Sequence record: SRR20825006_2439
Length of the DNA: 39,320 nt
Strand: one strand, 5' to 3'
How positions within the stretch are numbered: position 1 is the first letter of the stretch; every line of letters starts with the position of its first letter. The notes under the pieces were generated by a model. It ran no database searches, was not told where the DNA came from, and saw nothing but the letters and a program-made list of their open reading frames with translations. Shown piece by piece: positions 38,920-39,320 of this stretch. The translations under genes and the position numbers were made by a program.

Positions 38920-39320
38920 ATGGCCGATACTGACCAGGTAAGTGATGCAATCATCGCAGAAGCCGAATCCGCCGCCGAAACGCTGGCGCAGGTGAAAGCC
39001 GAAATTGCGAAGGCGGTATTCGGACAGGACCGCGTGGTCGAGTTGGCGCTCGCCGCCGTACTGGCCGGGGGCCATGCCCTGCTGATCGGCGCGCCCGGCT
39101 TGGCCAAGACACGCCTCGTCGAGGCGATGGGCACCGCGCTTGGTCTCGCCAACCAGCGCATCCAGTTCACGCCGGATCTGATGCCCTCAGACATTATCGG
39201 CTCTGAAGTGCTGGACGAAAGCCCGAGCGGGCAGCGCACCTTCCGCTTCCTCAAAGGGCCGATCTTCACCCAGCTGCTGATGGCGGACGAGATCAACCGC
39301 GCCAGCCCGCGCACCCAGTC
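38920..39320 (+). CDS. moxR: MoxR-family AAA+ ATPase (partial, runs off window end)
   Basis: Not in the ORF track. ATG 38920 follows GGAGG; GGHALLIGAPGLAKT, RIQFTPDLMPSDIIG, ADEINRASPRTQ. Confidence 0.93.
   Translation, partial: MADTDQVSDAIIAEAESAAETLAQVKAEIAKAVFGQDRVVELALAAVLAGGHALLIGAPGLAKTRLVEAMGTALGLANQRIQFTPDLMPSDIIGSEVLDESPSGQRTFRFLKGPIFTQLLMADEINRASPRTQ

Noticed and set aside
38886-39314. 142-aa minus-strand ORF
   Set aside because: Antisense shadow of the partial moxR gene.
1-39320. CRISPR arrays, tRNA/rRNA, integrases, prophage or defence islands
   Set aside because: No regularly spaced repeats, RNA-gene signatures or such protein motifs seen by eye; HerA-like DUF853 is a common housekeeping-type ATPase with no adjacent nuclease partner.

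Overview
GC-rich alphaproteobacterial chromosome segment. Gene content and order (sucC, yggT-yggU-folD, fzlA-queG-mtgA, large NAD-glutamate dehydrogenase, petABC-mtnP, hemF, cca-nudL-DUF1285/moxR) suggest Caulobacterales/Hyphomonadaceae, which is an inference. It has about 41 mostly housekeeping CDS; no rRNA, tRNA, CRISPR array or transposase was found. The most interesting signals are non-coding. (1) A ~210-bp highly structured intergenic element at 19681-19897 starts with CTTGTAT and resembles an IS110-family non-coding end (bridge-RNA-like) with no recombinase. (2) A sigma54 promoter drives a ~95-nt two-hairpin RNA with CGUCCCC in both loops, upstream of gdh. (3) A perfect alphaproteobacterial LexA box precedes a glyoxalase (MmcA-like) gene. 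(4) A long hairpin sequesters the phoD ribosome-binding site. (5) CtrA-like boxes lie before fzlA and before an unknown membrane protein. There is also a small HNH nuclease gene translationally coupled to folD, a membrane-LytTR/DUF2141/DUF2306 module, and insertions in cytochrome b and c1. All family calls come from motif recognition by eye; no searches were run.
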